Of a DNA stretch of 64,000 nucleotides, positions 51,320 through 64,000 are shown one piece after another (positions within the stretch are counted from its first letter, which is position 1; each line of letters opens with the position of its first letter). The stretch comes from Pecten maximus (Eukaryota). The notes under the pieces are model-generated. The model did no database searches. It had not been told where the DNA came from and saw only the letters and a list, made by a program, of their open reading frames with translations. Position numbers and translations under genes: made by a program. Location: positions 35,278,001 to 35,342,000 of the forward strand of contig NC_047025.1 in the NCBI RefSeq assembly GCF_902652985.1. The letters are read 5' to 3'.

Positions 51320-54300
51320 AACACTATCAAATAAATCAAAACATCACGACTCGAAATCTCTGCCCACACACTAGTAAATACATCAAAACACCAAAACTCG
51401 TCCTGTTATTAACCCTCAACCGAACACTACCAAATACATCTTAACGTCACGACTCCTCCTCATAACCTACACCTTGACACTAACAAATACATCTTAACCT
51501 CACAACTCATCCTCTTAACCTACACCTCGACAGTAACAAATACATCTTAACCTAACAACTCATTCTCTTAACCTACACCTCGACAGTAACAAATACATCT
51601 TAACGTCACAACTCATTCTCTTAACCTACACCTCGACACTAACAAATACATCTTAACGTCACAACTCATCCTCTTAACCTACACCTCGACACTTCCAAAT
51701 ACATCTTAACGTCACAACTCATCCTCTTAACCTACACCTCAACACTAACAAATACATCTTAACCTCACAACTCATCCTCTTAACCTACACCTCAACACTA
51801 ACAAATACATCTTAACGTCACGACTCATTCTCTTAACCTACACCTCGACACTAACAAATACATCTTAACCTAACAACTCATCCTCTTAACCTACACCTCG
51901 ACATTAACAAATACATCTTAACCTAACAACTCATTCTCTTAACCTACACCTCAACACTAACAAATACATCTTAACCTCACAACTCATTCTCTTAACCTAC
52001 ACCTCGACACTACCAAATACATCTTAACGTCACAACTCATCCTCTTAACCTACACCTCAACACTAACAAATACATCTTAACCTCACAACTCATTCTCTTA
52101 ACCTACACCTCGACACTAACAAATACATCTTAACGTCACGACTCATTCTCTTAACCTACACCTCAACACTAACAAATACATCTTAACCTAACAACTCATC
52201 CTCTTAACCTACACCTCGACACTAACAAATACATCTTAACGTCACAACTCATCCTCTTAACCTACACCTCGACATTAACAAATACATCTTAACCTAACAA
52301 CTCATCCTCTTAACCTACACCTCAACACTAACAAATACATCTTAACGTCACAACTCATCCTCTTAACCTACACCTCGACACTAACACATACATCTTAACG
52401 TCACAACTCATCCTCTTAAACTACACCTCGACACTAACAAATACATCTTAACCTCACAACTCATTCTCTTAACCTACACCTCGACACTAACAAATACATC
52501 TTAACGTCACAACTCATCCTCTTAACCTACACCTCAACACTAACAAATACATCTTAACCTCACAACTCATCCTCTTAACCTACACCTCAACACTAACAAA
52601 TACATCTTAACGTCACGACTCATTCTCTTAACCTACACCTCGACACTAACAAATACATCTTAACCTAACAACTCATCCTCTTAACCTACACCTCGACATT
52701 AACAAATACATCTTAACCTAACAACTCATTCTCTTAACCTACACCTCAACACTAACAAATACATCTTAACCTCACAACTCATTCTCTTAACCTACACCTC
52801 GACACTAACAAATACATCTTAACGTCACGACTCATTCTCTTAACCTACACCTCAACACTAACAAATACATCTTAACCTAACAACTCATCCTCTTAACCTA
52901 CACCTCGACACTAACAAATACATCTTAACGTCACAACTCATCCTCTTAACCTACACCTCGACATTAACAAATACATCTTAACCTAACAACTCATCCTCTT
53001 AACCTACACCTCAACACTAACAAATACATCTTAACGTCACAACTCATCCTCTTAACCTACACCTCGACACTAACAAATACATCTTAACGTCACAACTCAT
53101 CCTCTTAACCTACACCTCGACATTAACAAATACATCTTAACCTAACAACTCATTCTCTTAACCTCCACCTCGACACTAACAAATACATCTTAACGTCACA
53201 ACTCATTCTCTTAACCTACACCTCGACACTAATAAATACATCTTAACCTCACAACTCATCCTCTTAACCTACACCTCGACACTAACAAATACATCTTAAC
53301 GTCACAACTCATTCTCTTAACCTACACCTCGACACTAACAAATACATCTTAACGTCACGACTCATCCTCTTAACCTACACCTCGACACTTCCAAATACAT
53401 CTTAACCTCACAACTCATCCTCTTAACCTACACCTCGACACTAACACATACATCTTAACGTCACAACTCATTCTCTTAACCTACACCTCGACACTAACAA
53501 ATACATCTTAACGTCACAACTCATCCTCTTAACCTACACCTCGACACTTCCAAATACATCTTAACCTCACAACTCATCCTCTTAACCTACACCCCAACAC
53601 TAACAAATACATCTTAACGTCACAACTCATTCTCTTAACCTACACCTCCACACTTACAAATACATCTTAACGTCACAACTCATCCTCTTAACCTACACCT
53701 CGACACTAACAAATACATCTTAACCTCACAACTCATCCTCTTAACCTACACCTCCACACTAACAAATACATCTTAACCTAACAACTCATTCTCTTAACCT
53801 ACACCTCGACACTACCAAATACATCTTAACGTCACAACTCATCCTCTTAACCTACACCTCCACACTAACAAATACATCTTAACCTAACAACTCATCCTCT
53901 TAACCTACACCTCAACACTAACAAATACATCTTAACGTCACAACTCATCCTCTTAACCTACACCTCGACACTAACAAATACATCTTAACGTCACAACTCA
54001 TCCTCTTAACCTACACCTCGACACTAACAAATACATCTTAACCTCACAACTCATTCTCTTAACCTACACCTCAACACTAACACATACATCTTAACGTCAC
54101 AACTCATCCTCTTAACCTACACCTCGACACTAACAAATACATCTTAACCTCACAACTCATTCTCTTAACCTACACCTCGACACTAACAAATACATCTTAA
54201 CGTCACAACTCGTTCTCTTAACCTACACCTCGACACTAACAAATACATCTTAACCTCACAACTCATTCTCTTAACCTACACCTCGACAGTAACAAATACA

Positions 54301-54810
54301 TCTTAACCTAACAACTCATCCTCTTAACCTACACCTCGACACTACCAAATACATCTTAACGTCACAACTCATTCTCTTAACCTACACCTCGACACTAACA
54401 AATACATCTTAACCTCACAACTCGTCCTCTTAACCTACACCTCAACACTAACAAATACATCTTAACCTCACGACTCATTCTCTTAACCTACACCCCAACA
54501 CTAACAAATACATCTTAACCTCACAACTCATTCTCTTAACCTACACCCCAACACTAACAAATACATCTTAACCTCACAACTCATCCTCTTAACCTACACC
54601 TCGACACTAACAAATACATCTTAACGTCACGACTCATCCTCTTAACCTAAACCTCGACACTAACAAATACATCTTAACGTCACAACTCATACTCTAAACC
54701 CCCACCCCCTCACTACCAAATACATCTACACGTCATGACTCATCCTCTTAACCCCCATCCCACATTACCAAATACATCAAAAAGTCACCATGGTCCTCTT
54801 AACCCCCACA
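51320..54810. repeat. 53-bp minisatellite, ~65 copies
   Basis: Unit acactaacaaatacatcttaacgtcacaactcatcctcttaacctacacctcg, degenerate at both edges. Confidence 0.98.
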
Positions 54811-55468
54811 ACAAATCTGACCTGACACCTTGAATATGGGTCAAGGTCATTAATTTTCTCAAACTTTGTGAGGCACCATCTCATGAACCTACCAGCCAAA
54901 TATCATGATTCTTGGAACTTTGGTTCATGAGAAGAAGTTGTTTGAATATTTTATCAAATCTGACCGCTGTGACCTTGAACATGGTTCAAAGTCGGGCTCC
55001 ATCCAGGGAACCTATCAGCAAAATATCATGATTCTAGGAACTTTGGTTCATGAGAAGAAGTTGTTTGAATATTTTAACAAATCTGACCACTGTGACCCTG
55101 AACATGGGTCAAAGTTGGGCTCCATCCAGGGAACCTAACAGCAAAATATCATGATCTGGTAGTCTTGGTTATTGAGATAAAATCCTCAAAAGATTTAAAG
55201 GAATTTCACTCATGTGACAATAAATGTCATTTCTTTTCGCAAACTTTGTCAAATGTACCTCATCCAAGAAACCTATATCAGCTAAATATCATGACTCTGG
55301 GAGTCTTGGTTAGTGAAAAGTCATTTACTGGTAAATGGAAATGTTGACGCTGGATGGATGGTTGACAGACGGATGCCGGATGGGGCATTGGACGACAGAG
55401 GGGCAGAAGAAGGATGCTACAACATGGCATAAGCTCACTTTGACTTTCGGGCCAGGTGAGCTAAAAAT
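54810..55468 (+). mobile_element. 3' part of a HINE-like element
   Basis: ~121-bp internal repeats (54895-55150), gacagacggatg microsatellite, 3' end agctcac...gtgagctaaaaa. Confidence 0.55.
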
Positions 55469-55545
55469 GATTTAATGTCAGCTGATCTTAGGACTCCTTG
55501 AACTGTATTGAGGGAATGTTTGGTAGTGTTGTGTCGGTCACTAAC

Positions 55546-55620
55546 CTGTGTACTGACACCTGACACCGACATGCTAGTCCTTTCATTACCTCTGAAGTAC
55601 CATGAACCCCTCTGTCTCTA
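55546..55620 (-). CDS. Candidate small exon with NAGNAG acceptor (AAG/TAG)
   Basis: Acceptor ttcattctttctgaagtag. Possible donors are GAG|GTAATG (internal) and CAG|GTTAGT. Reads RQRGSWYFRGNERTSMSVSGVSTQ (phase 0) or ETEGFMVLQ (phase 1). Confidence 0.25.
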
Positions 55621-55735
55621 CTTCAGAAAGAATGAAGTGTTAAAAGACTTCTTTGAGAGTGTGTATTCTTCCATGTAATTGGGATTTAATGAAGATGTAT
55701 ATGGCAAAACAAGATATTGAAGTTTAAACACTGAC

Positions 55736-55771
55736 CTTCCTCCACTACTGTGTAGGTTACATCAAAGAAAC
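55736..55771 (-). CDS. Candidate 36-nt internal exon (G-FFDVTYTVVEE-, phase 1-1) of an unidentified gene
   Basis: Acceptor ttttagtttag and strong donor AAG|GTCAGT. Only one frame is open. Confidence 0.35.
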
Positions 55772-56194
55772 CTAAACTAAAACCATTTTATAACTTTTTT
55801 TCAAAACACCTGTGTCTTATCGAATACAATTTGTATTTGATGAAATCATTGCATTTATTCTAACCTAAGTCTGTAGGCGTCAATCCCTTTAAAACTTAAC
55901 AGCAGTGGAAAAACCAGATCCATTTTGGGATATCATGACTAAACATTAATTTCATTGAAATTTCTTAACCACTGTTTGTTATTTCAACCATTTTTAAACA
56001 TCTCCCATGTAAACAAAGGTTCAGTTATCCCGACTGCTGACACCACATTTAACACTTTTGAGTGGATTCGGATATGATCACTCATGCATACTTAAAATTT
56101 ACAACAGATAATAACTTCAATTAATGTTTAAACATATTCCTTGTCCAAGGCAATATTTCCCATACATTTTCATTTTATCCCTACCCTTTTTGTT

Positions 56195-59100
56195 CCTAAC
56201 AATATTCCCTCCATATATCCCCAAACCCTTTGACAATATACCCTCCATATACTACCACACCCTTTGACAATATACCCTCCATATACTACCACACCCTAAC
56301 AATATACCCTCCATATACTACCACACCCTAACAATATACCCTCCATATAATACCACACCCTAACAATATACCCTCCATATAATACCACACCCTAACAATA
56401 TACCCTCCATATACTACCACACCCTAACAATATACCCTCCATATACTACCACACCCTTTGACAATATACCCTCCATATACTACCACACCCTAACAATATA
56501 CCCTCCATATACTACCACACCCTAACAATATACCCTCCATATACTACCACACCCTAACAATATACCCTCCATATACTACCACACCCTAACAATATACCCT
56601 CCATATACTACCACACCCTAACAATATACCCTCCATATACTACCACACCCTTTGACAATATACCCTCCATATACTACCACACCCTAACAATATACCCTCC
56701 ATATACTACCACACCCTAACAATATACCCTCCATATACTACCACACCCTAACAATATTCCCTCCATATAATACCACACCCAAACAATATACTCTCCATAT
56801 ACTACCACACACTAACAATATACCCTCCATATACTACCACACCCATTGACAATATACCCTCCATATACTACCACACCCATTGACAATATATCCTCCGTAT
56901 ACTACCACACCCTAACAATATATCCTCTGTATACTACCACACCCTAACAATATACCCTCCATATACTACCACACCCTAACAATATACCCTCCATATACTA
57001 CCACACCCTAACAATATACCCCTCCATATACTACCACACACACTAACAATTTACCCCTCCATATACTACCACACCCTTTTGACAATATACCCTCCATATA
57101 CTGACCACACCCTTTTGACAATATTACCCTCAATATACTACCACACCCTAAACAATATACCCTCCATATAACTACCACCACACTTGACAATATACCCTCT
57201 ATATACTACCACACCCCTAACAATATACCCTCCATATACTACCACACCCTAACAATATACCCTCCATATACTACCACACACTAACAATATACCCTCCATA
57301 TACTACCACACCCTTTGACAATATACCCTCCATATACTACCACACCCTTTGACAATATACCCTCCATATACTACCACACCCTAACAATATACCCTCCATA
57401 TACTACCACACCCTTTGACAATATACCCTCCATATACTACCACACCCCTAACAATATACCCTCCATATACTACCACACCCTTTGACAATATACCCTCCAT
57501 ATACTACCACACCCTTTGACAATATACCCTCCATATACTACCACACCCTAACAATATACCCTCCATATACTACCACACCCTTTGACTATATACCCTCCAT
57601 ATACTACCACACCCTTTGACAATATACCGCCATATACTACCACACCCTAACAATATTCCTTCCATATAATACCACAACCCAAAACAAGATACCCGCCAGA
57701 GAAGACCACACCACAACAAGAGACCCGCCAGATACGACCACACCCCGAACAATAGTCCCTCCAGATAATACCACACCCAAACAATAGTACTCTCCATAGA
57801 CTACCACACACTAACAATATACCCTCCATATACTACCAAACCCAACAATAACCCCTCCATAACACCCCCCCTTTTGAAAATATATCTCCGTATAACCCCA
57901 CACCCAAACCCAATATCCCCTCCATATACTACCACACCCTAACAATATCCCCTCCATATACTACCACACCCTTGACAATTACCCCATATACTACCACACC
58001 ATGGACAAGATACCCCAAAACCCCCACACCCTAACAAAAAATCCTCGGATACTAACCACACCCAACAAAGACCCGCCATAGACCACACCCGACAATAACC
58101 CTCCGAACGACCACACCCGGGACAAGACCCTCTATAACGACCAAACCCAAAAGACCCCCATCGCCACACACCAAACAAAAACCCCCAAACACCACCCCCC
58201 AACAAGATCCCCCATAACCACCACACCCGACAAAGAACCCCATAACTACCACACCCTAACAATATACCCTCCATATACTACCACACCCTAACAATATTCC
58301 CTCCATATACCACCACACCCTTTGACAATATACCCTCCATATACTACCACACCCTAACAATATACCCTCCATATACTACCACACCCTAACAGTATACCAT
58401 CCATATACTACCACACCCTTTGACAATATACCCTCCATATACTACCACACCCTTTGACAATATACCCTCCATATACTACCACACCCTAACAATATACCCT
58501 CCATATACTACCACACCCTTGACTAATATACCCTCCCATATAACTACCACACCCTTTAACAATATACCCTCCATATACTACCACACCCTTTGACCATGAT
58601 ACCATCCATATACTACCACACCCTAACACGTATTCCCTTCCATATACTACCCACACCCTAACAATGATACCCTCCCATATACTACCACACCCTAGCAATA
58701 TACCCTCCACTATACTACCACACCCTAACCCAATATTACCCTCCATATTACTACCACACCCAAACAATATACTCTCCATATACTACCACACACTAACAAT
58801 ATACCCTCCATATACTACCACACCCTAACAATATACCCTCCATATACTACCACACCCTTTGACAATATATCCTCCGTATACTACCACACCCTAACAATAT
58901 ACCCTCCATATACTACCACACCCTAACAATATACCCTCCATATACTACCACACCCATTGACAATATACCCTCCATATACTACCACACCCATTGACAATAT
59001 ATCCTCCGTATACTACCACACCCTAACAATATATCCTCTGTATACTACCACACCCTAACAATATACCCTCCATATACTACCACACCCTAACAATATTCCC

Positions 59101-59285
59101 TCCATATACTACCACACCCTAACAATATACCCTCCATATACTACCACACCCTTTGACAATATACCCTCCATATACTACCACACCCTAACAATATACCCTC
59201 CATATACTACCACACCCTAACAATATACCCTCCATATACTACCACACCCTAACAATATACCCTCCATATACTACCACAACCTTTG
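56195..59285. repeat. 32/34-bp C/A-rich minisatellite
   Basis: Unit aacaatataccctccatatactaccacaccct(ttg). Confidence 0.98.
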
Positions 59286-59611
59286 CTGATGTCAGAACTA
59301 AACTAGACACAAAGGTTGCAGTATAATAAGTCTTTGTTCTACAAAAAAATTTAGAATGATTCATTTCAAGACTCATCGAGGAACCATTCATATCATATTA
59401 TCACATCATATTAAGATTCACTAAAAACAAATATCTCTTCGAACATTTCTCAGGATTACATATCCAAACTTAAATGTTGGAAATACCAAAAATTATACAC
59501 TTAGTAAATTGTAGAAAATAACAGCTGCTTACTGCATGCATTTAATAATAATAGGAACTGGGAAACAGAAAACATTTCCGTTACTTGACTGGTACAGAAT
59601 GTTTTTGCTAA

Positions 59612-62268
59612 ACATGAGATTTATTTTTATTACAGTGTACGAACTAATGAGATTTTTATTACAGTGTACTAACTGGTGAGATTTAGATTTTTATTACAGT
59701 GTACTAATTAGTGAGATATAGATTTTTATTACAGTGTACTAATTAGTGAGATTTAGATTTTTATTACAGTGTACTAACTAGCTAGTGAGATTTAGATTTT
59801 TATTACAGTGTACTAACTGGTGAGATTTAGACTTTTATTACAGTGTACTAACTAGTGAGATTTAGATTTTTATTACAGTGTACTAACTAGTGAGATTTAG
59901 ATTTTTATTACAGTGTACTAACTAGTGAGATTTAGATTTTATTACAGTGTACTAACTGGTGAGATTTAGATTTTTATTACAGTGTACTAACTGGTGAGAT
60001 TTAGATTTTTATTAGTGTACTAACTAGTGAGATTTAGATTTTTATTAGTGTACTAACTGGTGAGATTTAGATTTTATTACAGTGTACTAACTAGTGAGAT
60101 TTAGATTTTTATTACAGTGTACTAACGGGTGAGATTTAGATTTTTATTAGTGTACTAACTAGTGAGATTTAGATTTTTATTACAGTGTACTAACTAGTGA
60201 GATTTATATTTTTATTACAGTGTACTAACTAGTGAGATTTAGATTTTTATTAGTGTACTAACTAGTGAGATTTTTATTAGTGTACTAACTAGTGAGATTT
60301 ATATTTTTATTACAGTGTACTAACTAGTGAGATATAGATTTTTATCACAGTGTACTAACTAGTGAGATTTAGATTTTTGTTACAGTGTACTAACTAGTGA
60401 GATATAGATTTTTATTACTGTACTAACTAGTGAGATTTAGATTTTTATTACAGTGTACTAACTAGTGAGATTTAGATTTTTATTACAGTGTACTAACTAG
60501 TAAGATATAGATTTTTATCACAGTGTACTAACTAGTGATATTTAGATTTTTATTGCAGTGTACTAACTAGTGAGATTTAGATTTTTATTACAGTGTACTA
60601 ACTAGTGAGATTTAGATTTTTATTAGTGTACTAACTGGTGAGATTTAGATTTTTATTACAGTGTACTAACTAGTGAGATTTAGATTTTTATTACAGTGTA
60701 CTAACTAGTGAGATTTATATTTTTATTACAGTGTACTAACTGGTGAGATTTAGATTTTTATTACAGTGTACTAACTGGTGAGATTTATATTTTTATTACA
60801 GTGTACTAACTGGTGAGATTTAGATTTTTATTACAGTGTACTAACTGGTGAGATTTAGATTTTTATTACAGTGTACTAACTGGTGAGATTTAGATTTTTA
60901 TTACAGTGTACTAACTAGTGAGATTTAGATTTTTATTAGTGTACTAACTAGTGAGATTTAGATTTTTATTACAGTGTACTAACTAGTGAGATTTAGATTT
61001 TTATTAGTGTACTAACTAGTGAGATTTTTATTAGTGTACTAACTGGTGAGATTTAGATTTTCATTACGATGTACTAACTAGTGAGATTTAGATTTTTATT
61101 CTGATGTACTAACTAGTGAGATTTAGATTTTTATTACAGTGTACTAACTAGTGAGATTTAGATTTTTATTACAGTGTACTAACTAGTGAGATTTCAATCT
61201 TCATTACGATGTACTAACTAGTGAGATTTAGATTTTTATTACAGTGTACTAACTAGTGAGATTTAGATTTTTGTGACAGTGTACAAACTAGTGAGATTTA
61301 GATTTTTATTACAGTGTACTAACTAGTGAGATTTCAATCTTCATTACGATGTACTAACTAGTGAGATTTAGATTTTTATTACAGTGTACTAACTAGTGAG
61401 ATTTAGATTTTTATTTCAAAGTACTAACTAGTGAGATTGAGATTTTTATTACAGTGTACTAACTAGTGAGATTTAGATTTTTGTTACAGTGTATTAACTA
61501 GTGAGATTTAGATTTTGTTACAGTGTACTAACTAGTGAGATTTAGATTTTTATTACAATGTACTAACTGGTGAGATTTAGATTTTTATTACAGTGTACTA
61601 ACTAGTGAGATTTAGATTTTTATTAGTGTACTAACTAGTGAGATTTAGATTTTTATTACAGTGTACTAACTAGTGAGGTTTAGATTTTTATTACAGTGTA
61701 CTAACTAGTGAGATATAGATTTTTATTAGTGTACTAACTGGTGAGATTTAGATTTTTATTACAGTGTACTAACTAGTGAGATTTAGATTTTTATTAGTGT
61801 ACTAACTAGTGAGATTTAGATTTTTATTAGTGTACTAACTAGTGAGATTTAGATTTTTATTACAGTATACTAACTGGTGAGATTTAGATTTTTATTACAG
61901 TGTACTAACTAGTGAGATTTAGATTTTTATTAGTGTACTAACTAGTGAGATTTAGATTTTTATTACAGTGTACTAACTAGTGAGATTTATATTTTTATTA
62001 CAGTGTACTAACTAGTGAGATTTAGATATTTATTACAGTGTACTAACTAGTGAGATTTAGATTTTTATTACAGTGTACTAACTCGTGAGATTTAGATTTT
62101 TATTACAGTGTACTAACTAGTGAGATTTAGATTTTTATTACAGTGTACTAACTGGTGAGATTTAGATTTTTATTACAGTGTACTAACTGGTGAGATTTAG
62201 ATTTTTATTAGTGTACTAAATAGTGAGATTTACATTTTTAATAAAGTGTACTAACTGGTGAGATTTAG
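59612..62268. repeat. 35/33-bp minisatellite, ~75 copies
   Basis: Unit gtgagatttagatttttattacagtgtactaacta. Confidence 0.98.
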
Positions 62269-62799
62269 AATCTTTGTAAAAATATCAAACATGCATCAAT
62301 GTTGTTTGACATATATTATAATATAAGTAATACTTTTATGTTCAATCCTATTAGGTTCTCATGACCTTGAACCAAGGACATTTTGGTAAAATCCCATTCA
62401 GCTGTAAAGAAAACAATGTTATCAACCACCAACACTAAAAAGTGTTGATCAACTGTTGATTGAGTACACATTTTAATCTAACCTCCTTTGGCACACTTTG
62501 ATGTTTACTGACAAAACTTGGCTTCCTTCCCTAAGTGCTTAAAGGAATATGGACATGGGGAGATAATTCTGCCATGGGTATATGAACAAGACAACACCAG
62601 TTATCCCCCTTTGGAAAGACAAGCTCATTGTACAAAGTCTTGGCTTTGATTTTTCCTGTATCTTGTCACTTATTCGATTTGATCATCTTTGTTAGCCTCA
62701 ATAAAGAAATATATTTGATCTGTGTCATATTAGGTCAAGTGTGGTTTATATAGTGGTCATACAAGGTCTGTCACTTATCTGACAGAGTGATCCATAACG

Positions 62800-64000
62800 C
62801 CATAGGCCCAGGTTTACTTCTGTCTTGTTTGACTCAGTAGAGCCCTGGACTATCACTCCATAGGCCCAGGTCTCATTCCTGTCTTGTTTGACTCAGTAGA
62901 GCCCTGGACTATCACTCCATAGGCCTAGGTCTCACTCCTGTCTTGTTTGACTCAGTAGAGCCCTAGACTAGTGCTCCATAGGCCCAGGTCTCATTCCTGT
63001 CTTGTTTGACTCAGTAGAGCCCTGGACTATCGTTCCATAGGCCTAGGTCTCATCCCTGTCTTGTTTGACTCAGTGGAGCCCTGGACTATCACCCCATATG
63101 CCCAGGTCTCATTCCTGTCTTGTTTGACTCAGTAGAGCCCTGGACTATCACCCCATAGGCCCAGGTCTCATCCCTGTCTTGTTTGACTCAGTAGAGCCTT
63201 GGACTATCACCCATAGGCCCAGGTCTCACTCCTGTCTTGTTTGACTCAGTAGAGCCCTGGACTATCACCCCATAGGCCCAGGTCTCATCCCTGTCTTGTT
63301 TGACTCAGTAGAGCCCTGGACTATCACTCAATAGGCCCAGGTCTCATTCCTGTCTTGTTTGACTCAGTAGAGCCCTGGACTATCGCTCCATAGGCCCAGG
63401 TCTCAGTCCTGTCTTGTTTGACTCAGTAGAGCCCTGGACTATCACTCCATAGGCCCAGGTCTCATTCCTGTCTTGTTTGACTCAGTAGAGCCCTGGACTA
63501 TCACCCCATAGGCCCAGGTCTCATTCCTGTCTTGTTTGACTCAGTAGAGCCCTAGACTAGTGCTCCATAGGCCTAGTTCTCAAATCTATCTCGTTTGGCT
63601 CAGTAGAGCCTTGGACTATCACCCCATAGGCCCAGGTCTCATCCCTGTCTTGTTTGACTCAGTAGAGCCCTGAACTATCACCCATAGGCCCAGGTCTCAC
63701 TCCTGTCTTGTTTGACTCAGTAGAGCCCTGAACTATCACCCATAGGCCCAGGTCTCATCCCTGTCTTGTTTGACTCAGTAGAGCCTTGGACTATCACCCA
63801 TAGGCCAAGGTCTCATTCCTGTCTTGTTTGACTCAGTAGAGCCCTGGACTATCATTCCATAGGCCCAGGTCTCACTCCTGTCTTGTTTGACTCAGTAGAG
63901 CCCTGGACTATCACCCCATAGGCCCAGGTCTCATCCCTGTCTTGTTTGACTCAGTAGAGCCTTGGACTATCACCCATAGGCCCAGGTCTCACTCCTGTCT
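62800..64000. repeat. 58/59-bp minisatellite running off the window end
   Basis: Unit cataggcccaggtctcattcctgtcttgtttgactcagtagagccctggactatcactc. Confidence 0.98.

Noticed and set aside
55736-55771. Filamin assignment for GFFDVTYTVVEE
   Set aside because: It resembles a filamin-repeat strand, but no following exon with the expected I.V.W/F.G..IPGSPF motif was found. Twelve residues are insufficient.
57620-58250. Hyper-divergent patch in the 32-bp array (systematic loss of T) as targeted mutagenesis or editing
   Set aside because: T is replaced by mixed bases or deleted, and neighbouring zones (57000-57200, 58500-58760) show scattered 1-nt insertions. This is more consistent with a low-quality read or consensus; raw reads would be needed to claim biology.
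32736-58779. Numerous repetitive ORFs (e.g. YYTPVYCRVKLTFSV, LYRHICCTKLHKS, IYREGLNLNDIQ, VKYSYIT)
   Set aside because: These are translations of tandem repeats, often open on both strands, with no independent coding evidence.
62483-62530. Next upstream WDR89 exon
   Set aside because: The frame that vaguely resembles WDR89 (EGSQVLSVNIK) ends in phase 2, which is incompatible with the phase-0 acceptor at 24603. The phase-0 frame shows no similarity.
3001-64000. Arrays as CRISPR loci
   Set aside because: Units are head-to-tail with no unique spacers, there are no cas genes, and the DNA is intron-containing eukaryotic sequence.

Overview
This is AT-rich eukaryotic (animal) genomic DNA. The repeat types and gene set suggest a bivalve mollusc, but that assignment is inference. 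I recognise two genes, arranged tail-to-tail. PSKH1 (Ser/Thr kinase H1) contributes its last coding exon (+, 7749-8102) and a long repeat-poor 3' region. WDR89 contributes its last four coding exons (-, 24603 to 20400), joined by hand with canonical, phase-compatible splice sites. No upstream WDR89 exons are evident in the remaining ~39 kb. That stretch instead holds several small, well-bounded candidate minus-strand exons of an unidentified gene. By my rough tally about 45% of the window is made of more than 25 unrelated minisatellite arrays (units ~20-80 bp), and these produce almost all the long ORFs in the track. Several non-autonomous Helentron-associated (HINE/pearl-like) elements and a tRNA-derived fragment are also present. 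Two observations stand out. (1) Some minisatellite units are copied splice junctions: ~38 tandem copies of a real WDR89 exon end plus GT donor, and ~33 copies of an acceptor in front of a candidate terminal exon. (2) A 2.4-kb composite-transposon-like insertion has two apparently identical 649-bp TIR-bounded elements flanking a 1.1-kb cargo, with a TTA duplication at the outer ends. No prokaryote-type system (CRISPR, operon) is present.
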